Origin: Heterodontus francisci
Taxonomy: Eukaryota
NCBI RefSeq assembly: GCF_036365525.1
Contig: NC_090397.1
Location: forward strand, 42,413,679 to 42,477,678
DNA length: 64,000 bases
Reading direction: 5' to 3'
How positions within the stretch are numbered: position 1 is the first letter of the stretch; every line of letters starts with the position of its first letter. Below the pieces are notes generated by a model that did no database searches, had not been told where the DNA came from, and was given only the letters and a program-made list of their open reading frames with translations. Position numbers and translations under genes: made by a program. Below, one piece after another: positions 37,052-50,688 of this stretch.

Positions 37052-38269
37052 GTGAGTAGTGATTAAAGTAAAACTTTCCAACTTGAAGCATCCCTGTGGC
37101 CATCAACTTTTTGGTTGAAATAATAGGAAGAAGCAGGTAGGACAACACTTACTCCATTGGGAAAGTATGTGGGAACAAGTGATTCATTACGCTATTTATT
37201 TTTAAGCAGCTTTATGAAACAAAATACTGCACTTACTTGTGTCTACTTCAGTATATGCTAGTGTCTGAACGAATTTAAATGCAGTTATATACACTAGGTC
37301 ATTTTTCAATAATTGTCTATTTGCACACACAAATTGATATTTATATTCCCTACTAATAAAAGGGTTCCAGATTTCTGTGCTGCCCAGCTTCTTCCCAACA
37401 CCAAAGTTGTTTGAATTAGTTCCATTGAAAGATAATATTTTTGAATCAAATGGCTGAGAAGTGAATATTTGACATTGGTGTCATTATCTATAACTGATAT
37501 AAAAACAGAGTGCTGGAAATACTCAGCAGGTCAGGCAGCATCTGTGGAGAGAGAAACAGAGTTAACATTTCAGGTCTATAACTAAGTTATATAAATCTTT
37601 GTGTTATTTCTTGTAGCTCTTGAACCTGAATCAGGATTTCTGGTGTTTTTTACACAAGTGGCAAATTGTCCAGCAGCCAGCATACTGTAGGAAGGAAATA
37701 ATTTTGCATTCAGAAAAATTCATTCATAACGTGCACTTTTAAGGCCCAGGCCAACAATCTAGACTGTAAGTTATCTAGTGAGATTTATAATTATGCCTTT
37801 ACAAAGTGTAAGTTAGTTTGCAAATATGGCAAAACAAAAATTGACTGGTTTCTGACCAGTTTGAATTCGGTCAAGAGATTGGCTGCTCATCCCGGTTTAA
37901 GTACTGTATTTCTGGCAGGACTTCAGCAAAGAATAGTGAAGCAATATGGTTCCGGGGCTAGCAGTGTAGTACACAGAAATAAACCTTGGACATCATTTCA
38001 GAACTTAGCTGGGAAATTTCAGTCCAACTAAGCCAGCATCTAGCCATAGCACTGAACAAGGGCCTTGAAATTATGCTGTGAGATAATTTATTTTAAATGG
38101 GTAAACTGTTCGACTAAAGTAACAGAGAGGAGAACATCGGGCGAATTCATTAAGTGCTCAGCCACTATAGTTAGAGTTTCTAAAACTCTCAACACTGCCA
38201 TTAGTCTGGTGGAAAATCAGTGGAAACCCTGTAGAAACTATGTAAATAGTTGCGTACATATCTCTCTGA

Positions 38270-38855
38270 GGCTCAGCAGCCATGGCTCAGTTGGTACACT
38301 CTCATCTCTGAGCCACAAGATTCTGCATTCAAGTCCCACTCCAGGACCTAATCACAAACATCAAGGCTGATACTACATTGCAGTACTGAGGGAATGCTAC
38401 ACTGTCGGAGATGCCGTCTTTTGGTTGAGACGTTAAACAAAGGCCCCGTCTGCCCTCAGATGTAAGTAAAAGATCCTATGGCACTAGTTCCAAGAAGAGC
38501 AGGTATGTTATCCCTGGTGTCCTGCCCAATAGTTATCACACAAACAGATTTTTATTATCTGGTCATTATCATTCTGATGAAGGGTCACTAACCTGAAACA
38601 TTAACTCTGCTTCTCTCTCCACAGATGCTGCCAGACCTGCTGAGTATTTCCAGCATTTCTTGTTTTTATTTCATGTTTCCAGCATCTGCAGTATTTTGCA
38701 TTTTTATCACATTGCTGTTTGTGGGAGTTGCTGTACATAAATTAGCTGCCGCATTACAACAGTGACTACACTTCAAAAGTGTTTAATTGGCTGTAAAGCA
38801 CTTTGAGATGTCCAGTGCTCGTGAAAAGCACTATTATAAATGCAAGTCTTTTTTT
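38270..38855 (+). mobile_element. Deu-domain SINE (SacSINE1-like) with a nested Penelope hammerhead fragment (about 38572-38705)
   Basis: tRNA-like head; GATGCCGTCTTTTGGTTGAGACGTTAAAC..AAAGATCCTATGGCAC Deu core; L2-like tail; CTGATGA at 38574. Confidence 0.75.
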
Positions 38856-40099
38856 TCTTTTCCACTGATCTCCCAGAAGAAAACCCTAGTAGAAGTTCTA
38901 TTCCTAGTAACCCTAATATTATTACATAGCCAAGATCTTATGTTGGGTCAAACAAAGTTGAAACTTGCAGTTCCTGTTCAGATGCTCAGGTAAACTGACA
39001 AGATAAGAAATGTCGAAGTTATTTCTTACTGTTATTCCAGTCACAGGACACTTATTGTATGGAAGATAGGAGTAAATTTTGTTATAAACATATCCTCAAA
39101 AATGTTGAAGAGGCTGAGCCCCAATTAAAATTATAAATTACATTGACTTCAATGCAAATAAAAATCAGAAGAGATGTATAGCAGGCTGCTAATTCATTGT
39201 CACCCATTTCACGCTATCACACAAAGTCAAAATGATCTCCATTGTGTTTTGTAGAATGTGGTGTAACTATCCAAAGCATGTTTAGTTCACAAAAAGTGTC
39301 ATATAGTTATTTTACATATGAACTGAAATGATGTGCAAAATTATACAGTGGTAAAGAAGTTAAATTCTTTGCAGTTCTCTTCACATTGGCATTGAGCCAT
39401 TTCTTAAATGAAAGACTTTTCATGTTACACTGCAAGTACAGGGCAGCTGTTTATAGTGAAAATAGTAAACCTTTGATGATGCTGATCTTTGAAGTCTTTA
39501 CTTCATGATTCATTTCTAAAGTTCAGCTTATTTTCAAAAATGGCAACAAACAATATTAAGAAGAATCAAGATAAGCATAGCTACAAAGCATCCCTCCCTA
39601 TCTCTAATACTATCGATTAAAAATATTGATGTTTAGAAATGCTTCTGGATATTTCATTTAGATTAAAAATTGGCTGATCTATCTGACATTCATGTAGGGG
39701 AAGTGAAGATTTTGATCACTGATTGCCTTATTCTGAAACCTATAAATTAGAATTGTTTAATTTTCAGTGTTTAGGTTCATAGCTTGTTGTGTTCAATGTC
39801 CTGTCTAATTTCCTTGTCATTTTTCCAAAGAATTGTGACAGTGTAATTATTATTTTTCATTCTTGGAGTTTACCATTTTACAATCAACATGCAGTGTAAA
39901 AGAATAAATAAACTCACCCCTCAGATCATTGCAATACATTTTACGCTGTTTATTCAAAATCCATTACAATGTACAATATTTTACTTTTAATCTATTAACA
40001 CTTGTATTTTGTCTTCCCAAAAATTACCATTATCAAGATTTCACCAAGTGGAATTTTCTGTTCCCCAAAGAAACACATGACACGAGCAGGTTCATCAGG

Positions 40100-40470
40100 T
40101 TTAGGCATCGGCTCAAGGTCCACTCCAGAGACTGATCAGAAAATCTAGACTGGCCCTTCAGTGTAGCACTGACAGAGTGCTACACTGTCAGAAGTGACAT
40201 TTTTTCCATAAGATGTTAAATCTAGGCCCCCATCTGCCCTTTCAGGTGGATGTAAAAGATTCCATGCAACTGTTTCAAAGCAGAACAGGGGAATTCTCCC
40301 CGGTATCCTCAACCAACACCATCATTGTCCATTGTCTGTTTGTTGGCAAATTGACTGTCACGTTTCCTACGTTACAACAGTGATTACACTTTAAAAGTAC
40401 ATTATTGGATGTAAACTACTTTGGGATGTCCTGAAGTTGTGAAAGGCTCTATATAAATGCGGGGCTTTTG
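40100..40470 (+). mobile_element. Deu-domain SINE
   Basis: Similar to the 38270 copy. Confidence 0.65.
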
Positions 40471-40662
40471 TTTGCAATGGAATCACCTTGAATCATTTTT
40501 GCAGTGAGTACTAGTGCAGGTTATTGGAAATGTTTTCATTATACTGCCCACATAGAGGAAATTGTGAATAGCCTTATTTAACTGGTAATGAAGAAAAAAA
40601 TTATAATGAAATGAAAATTTGTTATTCAAGCCAGAAAGGGAGCTCTAGTATGAAGTACAGTA

Positions 40663-41005
40663 GCACAGTGGCGCAGTGGTTAGCACCGCAGCCTCACAGC
40701 TCCAGGGACCCGGGTTCGATTCTGGGTACTGCCTGTGCGGAGTTTGCAAGTTCTCCCTGTGTCTGCGTGGGTTTCCTCCGGGTGCTCCAGTTTCCTCCCA
40801 CATGCCAAAGACTTGCAGGTTGATAGGTTAATTGGCCATTATAAATTGCCCCTAGTATAGGTCGGTGGTAGGGAAATATATAGGGACAGGTGGGGATGTG
40901 GTAGGAATATGGGATTAGTGTAGGATCAGTATAAATGGGTGGTTGATGGTCGGCACAGACTCGGTGGGCCGAAGGGCCTGTTTCAGTGCTGTATCTCTAA
41001 ACTAA
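40663..41005 (+). mobile_element. HE1 / V-SINE
   Basis: Near full length, highly similar to the other copies. Confidence 0.9.
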
Positions 41006-41679
41006 GCACCTTAAAGGCATATCATCTTCTAGTAATTTGTGTTCTAAGACAATTTACCAATGTGGTAAATATTTGAATACACAACAACAAAATCAGTAAT
41101 GTTTAGCATCTTGGAAAATTATGTACTTTATTTGTTATAAAGATTCATATCAGCAGGAAAGATCATTAGACCCAACAAGCCAGTCCTTTTTGACTAAGCT
41201 CGACCCCATTTCCTGTTTTCTCACCATATTCTACAATCCCCCTCTCTCCCCTGAAATGCATCTACTTACCTCTTGAACCAGTTATAGTTATTGTTTCAAT
41301 GGCATTTTTAGCTCAATCATTTAACAAGTCTATTTCCATTTGCCAAAATATTTCCACCCAATTTCGCTTAAGTATATGTCCAGAATGAGAAAAAATAATT
41401 TGGCCCTTCACAACACATCCCTCCAGTAGGCCAATGCACCCAGCTGGTATCCAACGTCAGTTTGCCTTATTCCAAATATTTACCAACATTTAAGTTAGGA
41501 ACTATTTTAATTTAAAATTTATGTCCTCCTGTCCTATTTCACTTTAACTAATTTCTGCATTCACCATATCTATATCATTTAGTATTTTATATTCTGAGGT
41601 GAGATTGCTCCTTAATCACCTTCTCTCTAGACTTTAGAGTTTAAGTCTCTCTAATCTTTCCTCATGGATGGTTCATCCA

Positions 41680-42420
41680 CAGTACAGAGGGATCTGGGTG
41701 TCCTGGTACAGGAATCACAAAAAAATTAATATGTAGGTACAGCAAGTGATTAGAAAGGCAATTGGAATGTTTGCATTTATTGAAGGGGATTCAAGTATAA
41801 AAGTAGGAATGTGCTGCTACAGCTGCACAGGGCCTTAGTGAGACCGCATCTGGAGTACTGTGTACAGTTTTGGCCTCCTTACATAAGAAAGGATATAATT
41901 ACATTAGAAGCAGTTCAGAGAAACAATAATGCCAGAGAAACATGCGGCTGATTCCTGGAATGAAGGGGTTATCTTATGAGGAAAGGTTGAGCAAGTGGTC
42001 TTATATCCATTGGAATTTAGAAGAATAAGGAATGGTCTTATTGAAACGTATATGATCCTGAGGGGACTTGCCTGGGTGGATGCTGAGAGGATGTTTCCCC
42101 TTGTGGGGGAGTCTGGAACTAGGGGACACGGTTTAAAAATTATGGGTCTCCCATTTAAGATGGAGATGAAGAGAAACATTTTCTCTCTGAGGGTTGTTAG
42201 TCTGTGAAATTCTCTTTGCCAGGGAGCAGTGGAGGCTGGGTTATTGAATATAATCAAGGCTGAGTTAGATAGATTTTTGATTGACAAGGGAATCGAGGGT
42301 TATGGGGGGCAGACAGGAAAGTGGAGTTGAGGCCACAATCAGATCAGCCATAATCTTATTGAATGGCAGAGCAGGCTCGAAGGGATGAATGGCCTATTCC
42401 TGCTTCTAAGTCTTGTGTTC
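41680..42420 (+). mobile_element. CR1 LINE 3' fragment
   Basis: [14 protein letters not shown]; ERMFPLVGESGTRGH. Confidence 0.85.
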
Positions 42421-44051
42421 ATGATGTCCCTTTTACACTTGGTGTTGCATTAATTTTTTGTGACCCCTGTTCAATATACATATGCTGCTTTTGAAGTCTG
42501 GTGACCAAAATGGTGGAGAAGACTCTCTGAATGTGCTCTGACCAGCATACTATATAAAACCTCAGTATAACCTCTGTAGACATCAGAAAGCTGTAAACAT
42601 TTTGTGTGATAAACAAAGTTCATTGTTTTTTACCATAATTTCTAATTGCCTAAGTAATTGTATTGTGCGATATTGCATTATTTTCTGGCAAGTTAATTTG
42701 CTGTTTGAAAGTAACTAATCATTCATATTCTTTGCAAGTGCAAAATGAGTATTTCTTAAAATATGAAGATATGAGGAACTGAACTCTCAAATAACAACAG
42801 GACTCATTCAGTCAAGCTTAAAAATATATTTAGAAACCTGTTGTTTAAAGGAAATTTCTCAGTTCAGTGATGGTATTTAATTATTTTTTAATACCCTTAA
42901 TAGATTTTTCCCAACGTTGGGTAGTATGTCAAAACAGTACAGCCAAAGACTGTTTGTGAAGACTGTGTTTTGAACCTGCCTGTTGCTAATCAACAGAAAC
43001 TACAATTGCTGATGTTGATGGTATGTGTTCACTGAAGATGTTGGAAGAAACCAAATCACAGTGAACCAAATGCAGCTTCCAAAACTGGGAGATCTGCCCT
43101 TGTTTTATTCATAGTGCTGAGCTCCTATTATATAAGCCTGCTTAACTGAATATTTGCCTTCAGCAGTTGGATCAGTCATTTATTAAATAATATATACAGA
43201 AGAAGCCTCTGAAGTATTGAAAGATTGAAAGCTTGTGTATTGCAGAATATTGCTGACAGACTTTTGCAAAAGGGCACAAAAAAGGACTGGATTATGTAAA
43301 GTATCATCTTCTGCAATACTAGATGCTCATGCAGCTTGACAGCTCCACTACAAAGGCCACCCACTCGACTGTAAGGATCCATCCTCCAAATCAAAGTTAA
43401 GACAATCAACCAGTCAAAAAAATTTCAACATAAGGTAATGATGAAGATACCGGTCTTTATTAATGGAGCAGGTTATCTGCTTTATGCAGTGGTCTCTGTT
43501 ATGAAAATATATCAGGAAAGAAACACAACAACATAAAAAAGGCAAAGTAAGGGAAAAATGGAAACAAAATTAGACTTCATTCTTCTTTTCAAAAATTAAA
43601 TAATTACAGATTTTCTTTTACAGCTACGTTAAAATACTTCAAGAAATCTTACCTGTCTTAATATGGCCCAATATATTTTTCTCAGATTACAGGTCCAGTC
43701 ATTTTTACATATTGAAACCCTAAAACAGAATTACATTTACTCCTCTCAAATCTGTAGCAGAAGTCTATTGTGGATAATCAATTCTATCATCTTTCTTTTA
43801 CATCTCAACTACAGACGTGGCGCAGTAAGCTTTTTCAAAAGTACTTTTGATGTGTGAATATCCTGCTAGATTCCTTAGGTCACATGATGGATCAAACAGA
43901 CTGATCAGAAGGCAAGCTATAGAAGCGGAAATGGGTTTAAGGCTTTACTTTTAATATCCGCTCTTCGGAGGAAGTTGATATGCTTGATGTACCTTGTGGT
44001 TTGATATTTTCTCGGACTCATACAGTTGGTTCAAAGGAGATTCATTCAATT

Positions 44052-44169
44052 ATGGGAAGTGCAGCAAGCTCAGAAAATAAGGAATTAACTAGGAGATCTA
44101 AAGAACTGGAAAAGAAAATCCAAGAAGATGCAAAGAAAGATGCCAGGACTGTGAAGCTGTTACTGTTGG
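44052..44169 (+). CDS. GNAT3: G-alpha t3 (gustducin) canonical exon 1
   Basis: [40 protein letters not shown], 118 nt, G|GTAACT donor; transducin-type N-terminus. Confidence 0.9.
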
Positions 44170-45222
44170 GTAACTGAATTTAACATTATTAATACTGACA
44201 TTTTGGTCCATTCTGGCAAAGGAGCAAATTGGTCTCAATTTACATCAGTTTTGGGAGCTGATGATCTGATCAAATCTAATTCCATGCAGATCCATTCGAA
44301 ACAGTTAGCAAAATTCCTGGCACTTTCAGTAGCCATAAACTGAAAGTACAGTCTTATTGCTCCCAAGGTAAAAACTGACAAGTCACATGTAGTCATGTGA
44401 GTGCTGAAATAATATGAAGTAGAGTGCACAGTTATGAATTTGAAGAAGTCTCTAGTCTTTCTTTAAGTAATCTGTTTAATATATTATGTTTAATGACTGT
44501 GATTACTGTGAATTATTGCAAAATCCAGTTTCAAGAAATGAAAATGCGTCAGTCTTTGAAAAAACACTCACCAGTTTTCTCTCCCTCTCCTCTTCTAACC
44601 ATTATTCATTTGTGAGAACTTCACGGTGTGTGTCAGTTGGTTATTTCAGGCGTGTAGTTGAGCCTGATCTGTCCTTGTACTGTACTCATACACAGACACT
44701 TCAAGTAGAGGCAGTTTGACAGTGATTTGAAGCAGAACTCCTGAGGTGATTTTCCTCTCCCGTACCCAGGGTGATTGAGGCCAATTGTCGCACCCTTACA
44801 GCCATCCCTATTGAGGCCACTGCTAACTCAACAAAGAATGGGGATCAAATTTCCAAGATCTTCCTTGTCTGCATGGCTGTATTACTCATTGGATGAAGTC
44901 TCTGAGCCACAAGACAAGCCTTAAGCCAAGGCTGTGGCTGGAACTAATAATATCATGTGCTGTATCTTTATTTGTTAATTTATACCTTGGCCTAGGACTT
45001 CTGCCATGCCTTGATTGGAATTCATCTCCAGTGTTTGTGGGTAAATTGGAGATGGAAACTTGTTATGGTGGATCTGTTTAAAGTTTTCTCTTTGCTCGCC
45101 ATATTGGTGATAGAGAAAATATGAGGTCAGAAACTCAGCTCAAAGTCGAAAGGACAATGGCAAAGGTAGGACATGGAATTGGTGGTGAGAGAATAAGTTT
45201 ATGGCATGGGCAGAAGATAACG

Positions 45223-45398
45223 GAATAAAAACAGAAAATACTGGAAACACTCAGCAGGTCTGGCAGCATCTGTAGAGAGAGAAACAGAGTTAATGCTTCA
45301 GGTTAATGATTTTTCATCGTGAAGGTTAATTCTGTTTCTCTCTCCACAGATGCTGCCACACCTGCTGAGCATTTCTAGCATTTTCTGTTTTTATTTCA
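45223..45398. repeat. Foldback made of two inverted Penelope terminal fragments
   Basis: AATAAAAACAGAAAAT..CTCAGCAGGT.TGGCAGCATCTGT.GAGAGAGAAACAGA pairs with its reverse complement about 40 nt downstream. Confidence 0.8.
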
Positions 45399-45622
45399 GA
45401 TTTCCAGCAACTGCAGTATTTTGCTTCTGCCAAAGATAATGCCTTTGGCCTTCCCACTGTTTAATTGGAGGAAATTACACTTCATCCAGGACTGGGCGTT
45501 GAAGAAGCAGGTTGATAACTGCAAGGTAACAGAGAAAAGATGTTGGGGAATCTTATCCAAACAGCGAAAACTCTATTATCATAGATCTGCCCCACCTCCA
45601 ACCCCAATAAGATCAATGGCGT

Positions 45623-47965
45623 ATAATAAAAGCAAAATACTGCGGATGCTGGAAATCTAAAATAAAAACAAGAAATGCTGGAACCACTCAGCAGGTCTGG
45701 CAGCATCTGTGAAAAGAGAAGCAGAGTTAACGTTTCGGGTCAGTGACCCTTCTTCGGAACTGACAAATATTAGAAAAGTCATAGGTTATAAGCAAGTGAG
45801 GTGGGGGTGGGGCAAGAGATAACAAAGGAGGTCTAGATTGGACCAGGCCACATAGCTGACCAAAAGGTCACGGAGCAAAGGCAAACAATATGTTAATGGT
45901 GTGTTGAAAGACAAAGCATTAGTACAGATTCGGTGTTAATGCACTGAATATTGAACAGCAGCAAGTGCAAACCTGAAAAAAAACAGTGGGTAAGCAAACT
46001 GAACAAATTAAGATGAAATGAAATAAATGCAAAAAAAACGATTGTAAAAAATGTAAAAAAAGAATGTAAAAAAAAAGGAAGAAAAAATAACTAAATGGGG
46101 GGCTGTCATGCTCTGAAATTATTGAACTCAATGTTCAGTCCGACAGGCTGTAGTGTGCCTAATCGGTAGATGAGATGCTGTTCCTCGAGCTTGCGTTGAT
46201 GTTCACTGGAACACTGCAGCAATCCCAGGACAGAGATGTGAGCATGAGAGCAGGGCAGAGTGTTGAAATGGCAAGCAACCGGAAGCTCAGGGTCCTGCTT
46301 GCGGACTGAGCGGAGATGTTCCGCAAAGCGGTCACCCAGTCTGCGCTTGGTCTCCCCAATGTAGAGGAGACCACACTGTGAGCAGCGAATACAGTATACT
46401 ACATTGAAAGAAGTACAAGTAAATCGCTGCTTCACCTGAAAGGAGTGTTTGGGGCCTGGTATAGTGAGGAGAGAAGAGGTAAATGGGCAGGTATTACACC
46501 TCCTGCGATTGCAGGGGAAGGTGCCATGGGACGGGGACGAGGTGGTGGGGGTAATGGAGGAGTGGACCAGGGTGTCGCAGAGGGAACGATCCCTTCGGAA
46601 TGCTGACAGGGGAAGGGAGGGGAAGATGTGACTGGTAGTGGCATCACGCTGGAGGTGGCAGAAATGGCGGAGGATGATCCTTTGGATATGGAGGCTGATG
46701 GGGTGAAAAGTGAGAACAAGGGGAACCCTGTCACGGTTCTGGGAGGGAGGGGAAGGGGTGAGGGTAGAGGTGCGGGGAATGGGCCGGACACGGTTGAGGG
46801 CCCTGTGAACCACAGTGGGGGGAAATCCTCGGTTGAAGAAAAAGGAGGTCATATCAGAAGCACCGTCATGGAAGGTAGCATCATCAGAGCAGATGCGTCG
46901 GAGACGGAGAAACTGGGAGAATGGAATGGAGTCCTTACAGGAGGTAGGGTGTGAAGAAGTGTAGTCGAGGTAGCTGTGGGTGTCGGCGGGCTTATAATGG
47001 ATATTAGTAGACAACCTATCCCCAGAGATGGAGACAGAGAAGTCGAGGAAGGGAAGGGAAGTGTCAGAGATGGACCATGTAAAGGTGAGAGAAGGGTGGA
47101 AATTGGAAGCAAAGTTGATAAAGTTTTCCAGTGCGGAAAACTGGAATACGACAACACCATACGACAACAGCACCACCCTTGTCTGCAGGTTTGATGACCA
47201 TGTCGGGGTTAGACCTGAGAGAACGGAGTGCCTCAAGTTCAGAGGGGGACAGGTTAGAGTGAGTGAGGGGGGCAGAGAAATTGAGATGACCAATCTCTCG
47301 CCGACAGTTTTCAATGAAGAGATCAAGAGTGGGTAAAAGGCCAGGGGGAGGGGTCCAGGTAGAGGGAGAATGCTGAGGCGGGTGAATGGGTCTGCTGGTC
47401 GGGGGGAGGACTCCTGGTCAAAGAAGTGAGCCCGGAGGCGGAGGCGACGGAAGAAGAGCTCAACGTCATGCCGAGCGCGAAATTCATTGAGGTGGGGGCA
47501 TAAGGGGATAAAACTGAGACCTTTGCTGAGTACAGAACGCTCAGCATCAGAGAGGGGGAGGTCAGAGGGTGTAGTGAATACACGGCAAGGGGTCAGATCA
47601 GAAGGGGTGGGGTCAGAGGGAAGTGAAGCGGAAGGAGGATCTGGAGGGGCATTAGTCCCCATCAGCTGCTGGAGCTTGCATTCCTTAACAACTGAAAGGA
47701 AGAAAAAATGTTTTTTGTTAATGCGTCGGATGAGACGAAAGATGAAATGAAACTGCGGAGTAGAACAGCTTTGAGATAAGGTAAGGCGGTGCTGCTGGAG
47801 AGAGAGGTCCAGTGTGTGCATGTGGCGGCGCATAGCACTGAGTGTGGATCTCAGGATGCGGCGAGAGTAGCAGTCTGAGGAACGTTGTATTTCTCGGAGA
47901 TACCTGTGATCCTGGGTGGTTTCAAAGCATGATGGGTGAAACTGCAGTTGGAATCCACGTGGAAT
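45623..47965 (-). mobile_element. Penelope-like element with an internal RT deletion and complete GIY-YIG domain
   Basis: ORF 46106-47833: LSKGLSFIP, LPFLD, IHYKP, IPFSQFLRLRRICS, NVVYCIRC..YIGET..EH; most of the RT core is missing near 47150; hammerhead variant CCGAAGA at about 45757-45725. Confidence 0.92.
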
Positions 47966-50164
47966 GGCATGTCCAATTTGCTAGATTAGTGCTGCTTTGA
48001 TCACCTCTGCCACTTAGACTACTGGAACTGTGATTTATTGCTCCAAGATCAATTTCCCTGAAACAAAGACTTCTTTTTACTGAGCTTTGTAGATTTATTG
48101 AGCTAATGTAAAAATAATTATCTGTCAGACATTCTAGCTGCCGGAAAATTTCCTGTTAAATGGAATTGAATTTTTGAAAGCCGTTTAATGTTTTTATCGA
48201 TTCACTGATCTCTGGTCTCTTAATTGCGTCAATTGCTAATTTTAACATCTCTGCTCTCTTAACAGCATCAATCGCCAATTTTAACATCGATCCAAATATA
48301 TCTTTCTTTTGGAATTTATGTTGATAAATCTAGTATATTTAATTCTGCATAAATAGGATAGTACGTCAGTAAGTATTTAGTTGAAGGAATAAATGTAAAA
48401 TGGTCTTTTTAAAGAGGTAAGACGACTCTTAGAGACTATGTAGCAGGTCTAAATTTAAAGCCAGGGATATCAGAGAAATGAGTTATCAAATTGTAACGTC
48501 CTCCAAATCTTGCATTAAGCTTTTAATATAATCCCCTTGCAAAATACAGGGTGCATGCTTTGAAATTAATTTTCCCACCAATGTCTGAAAACAACTCCAA
48601 CCTAGAAGCTTTCAATGAGCTCGGGTGCCTGCAGCCACACATACTGTCCATATCATACCCAGGAATGACTTTAGAAAACAAGATAAATAATCCAACTAAC
48701 AGATTTGTGGTAAATTCTTGAAACAGGTGAAATGCATGCTTTTACTAAGCAGAATAACAACTGGACAAGTACTGCAATATCATTCAATATCAATTCGAAT
48801 TGATAGCGAATATTTGTCACTAACCTGGCTGTGGCAGATTTTAATGAGCTGTCCAGCACATTTTAGTGTAAATTTGATGAGGATCTAACTAATACCAAAG
48901 ACTCAAATATGCTGTTCCAAGAATATTCAGGCCAATATTTCAATTAAAATAATAGAACCTATGGAGTAAGAAAGATCAGTCAATAAATTGCAGTCTGACA
49001 GAAAAATAATTCTTACAGGAGCTGTTGACCATTTCTTGGAGTAATTTATGGAAGATTGCTGTCAAAAGCCACAGCTTATTTTTAAAATTTTCTGATTATC
49101 TCTCCCTAAGACCACTCATGTTGAATTATCTTTTCATGGGCACTAGAAACAAATCTTAATGTATAATCATAGACAGTGAGTGTCCACAGGCTATTTGAAT
49201 GTCAGCAGCACAGCCAAACCAAATCTTGTCCTACCCCAGAGTCCCAGAGATATACATTTTCCAACAAAGGAAACCTGATAGTTGCCTTTTCCCCTATCTA
49301 GAGGACACTGAGGTCAATTGTAGCACCCACACTATGACCTTCACTATATCAGCCCAGGCCAGTGATTGAATCTGGAACTGCCTTGCTCTGTGCAGCACAG
49401 TACCACACCATATGGTGTATTTAGCCATTGTGGATTTTACACCAATTGCTTTAATGATGCAGTTAGATATAAGCAACCAAATAAAGTTATTTTAATTTCT
49501 TTAAATTTGAATGGGCATTAAGATCTTTGGAATGCTCTAGCTCCTTTATTGCAAATTGTTTTCATTACTCCCTTTTATTCCATTTAACTTTTCAATATAA
49601 TCTGTTGCATTTATCCTGATTTTCATTTTTTTGCTCATCTAGGTGAGGGTATTAGTGCTGGGGAATGGGATTCTTCCACTTTCAGATAACTAATGTCAGC
49701 AGAAAGCACTCCTCGGTCAGATGTACCACAGCCAAGCTCTATTTACCTCTGCCTCAACAACGCACCTCAGCTACAATCTCAGAAGAACAACCCCTATCAC
49801 ACCAAAATGACATTTTCTCCTTTTCCCACAACTGCCCTCCTGCAGTCTCACTGAGTGAGATTGCTAAGCAATGCCTGAATCAGGTGCAGTTTTGTGCTGG
49901 AGACTGAGACCCTCGAGGAACTGGGCTGAGACTGCTAAACTCATTTCACAAAGCATCCTTATGGGCAGCTGACATAGGAATTGAACTCAGGTCCCAGAGG
50001 GGAAAAGCCAGTTTCTAACCCATTGGAGCACCCAACTCCCCAAATCCTCCATTTTGTAGAAAATGTAGCAACTTTTAAGAACAACAAAAGAATATTTGGA
50101 CCAACAAATCTACTGCATTTTCATTGATTTTAACTCCACCTTACTGCCTTCTCAATACATTGGG

Positions 50165-50475
50165 GTGGTGCAGTGGTTAGCACTGCAGCCTCACAGCTCC
50201 AGTGACCCAGGTTTGGTTCTGGGTACTGCCTGTGCAGAGTTTGCTAGTTCTCCCTGTGACCACGTGGGTTTCTGCCGGGTGCTCTGGTTTCCTCCCACAG
50301 CCAAAGACTTGCAGGTTGATAGGTAAATTGGCCATTGTAAATTGCCCCTAATGTATGTAGGTGGTGGGGATGTGGTAGGGAATATGGGGTTAATGTAGGA
50401 TTAGTATAAATGGGTGGTTGTTCGTCAGCACAGACACAGTGGGCCGTAGGACCTGTTTCAGTGCTGTATCTCTCT
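50165..50475 (+). mobile_element. HE1 / V-SINE
   Basis: Matches the other copies. Confidence 0.85.
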
Positions 50476-50688
50476 ATGACATCCATCTCTTCCTTTCTTT
50501 GTTTTTTTTTCTTGAATCCCATCATATTATTTGTTGCAGAAGCTTCTGCAGGTCATTCAAATTTTTTAACATTTTAACAGATTCCGATCCATTATTTGCT
50601 AACAGTCTGCCTCACCAGAAAGTACATTGGAGATTAATATTTTAAAATGAATTATTGTCCTGTTTGTTTTCTTCATTTTATGTTACAG

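Noticed and set aside
40663-40730. tRNA-like sequences at the heads of several repeats
   Set aside because: These are tRNA-derived HE1 SINE heads followed by V-domain and LINE-like tail, not tRNA genes.
43560-44050. Photoreceptor (CRX/OTX) or taste-cell promoter motifs before canonical exon 1
   Set aside because: Only scattered TAATC-like matches, expected by chance in AT-rich DNA.
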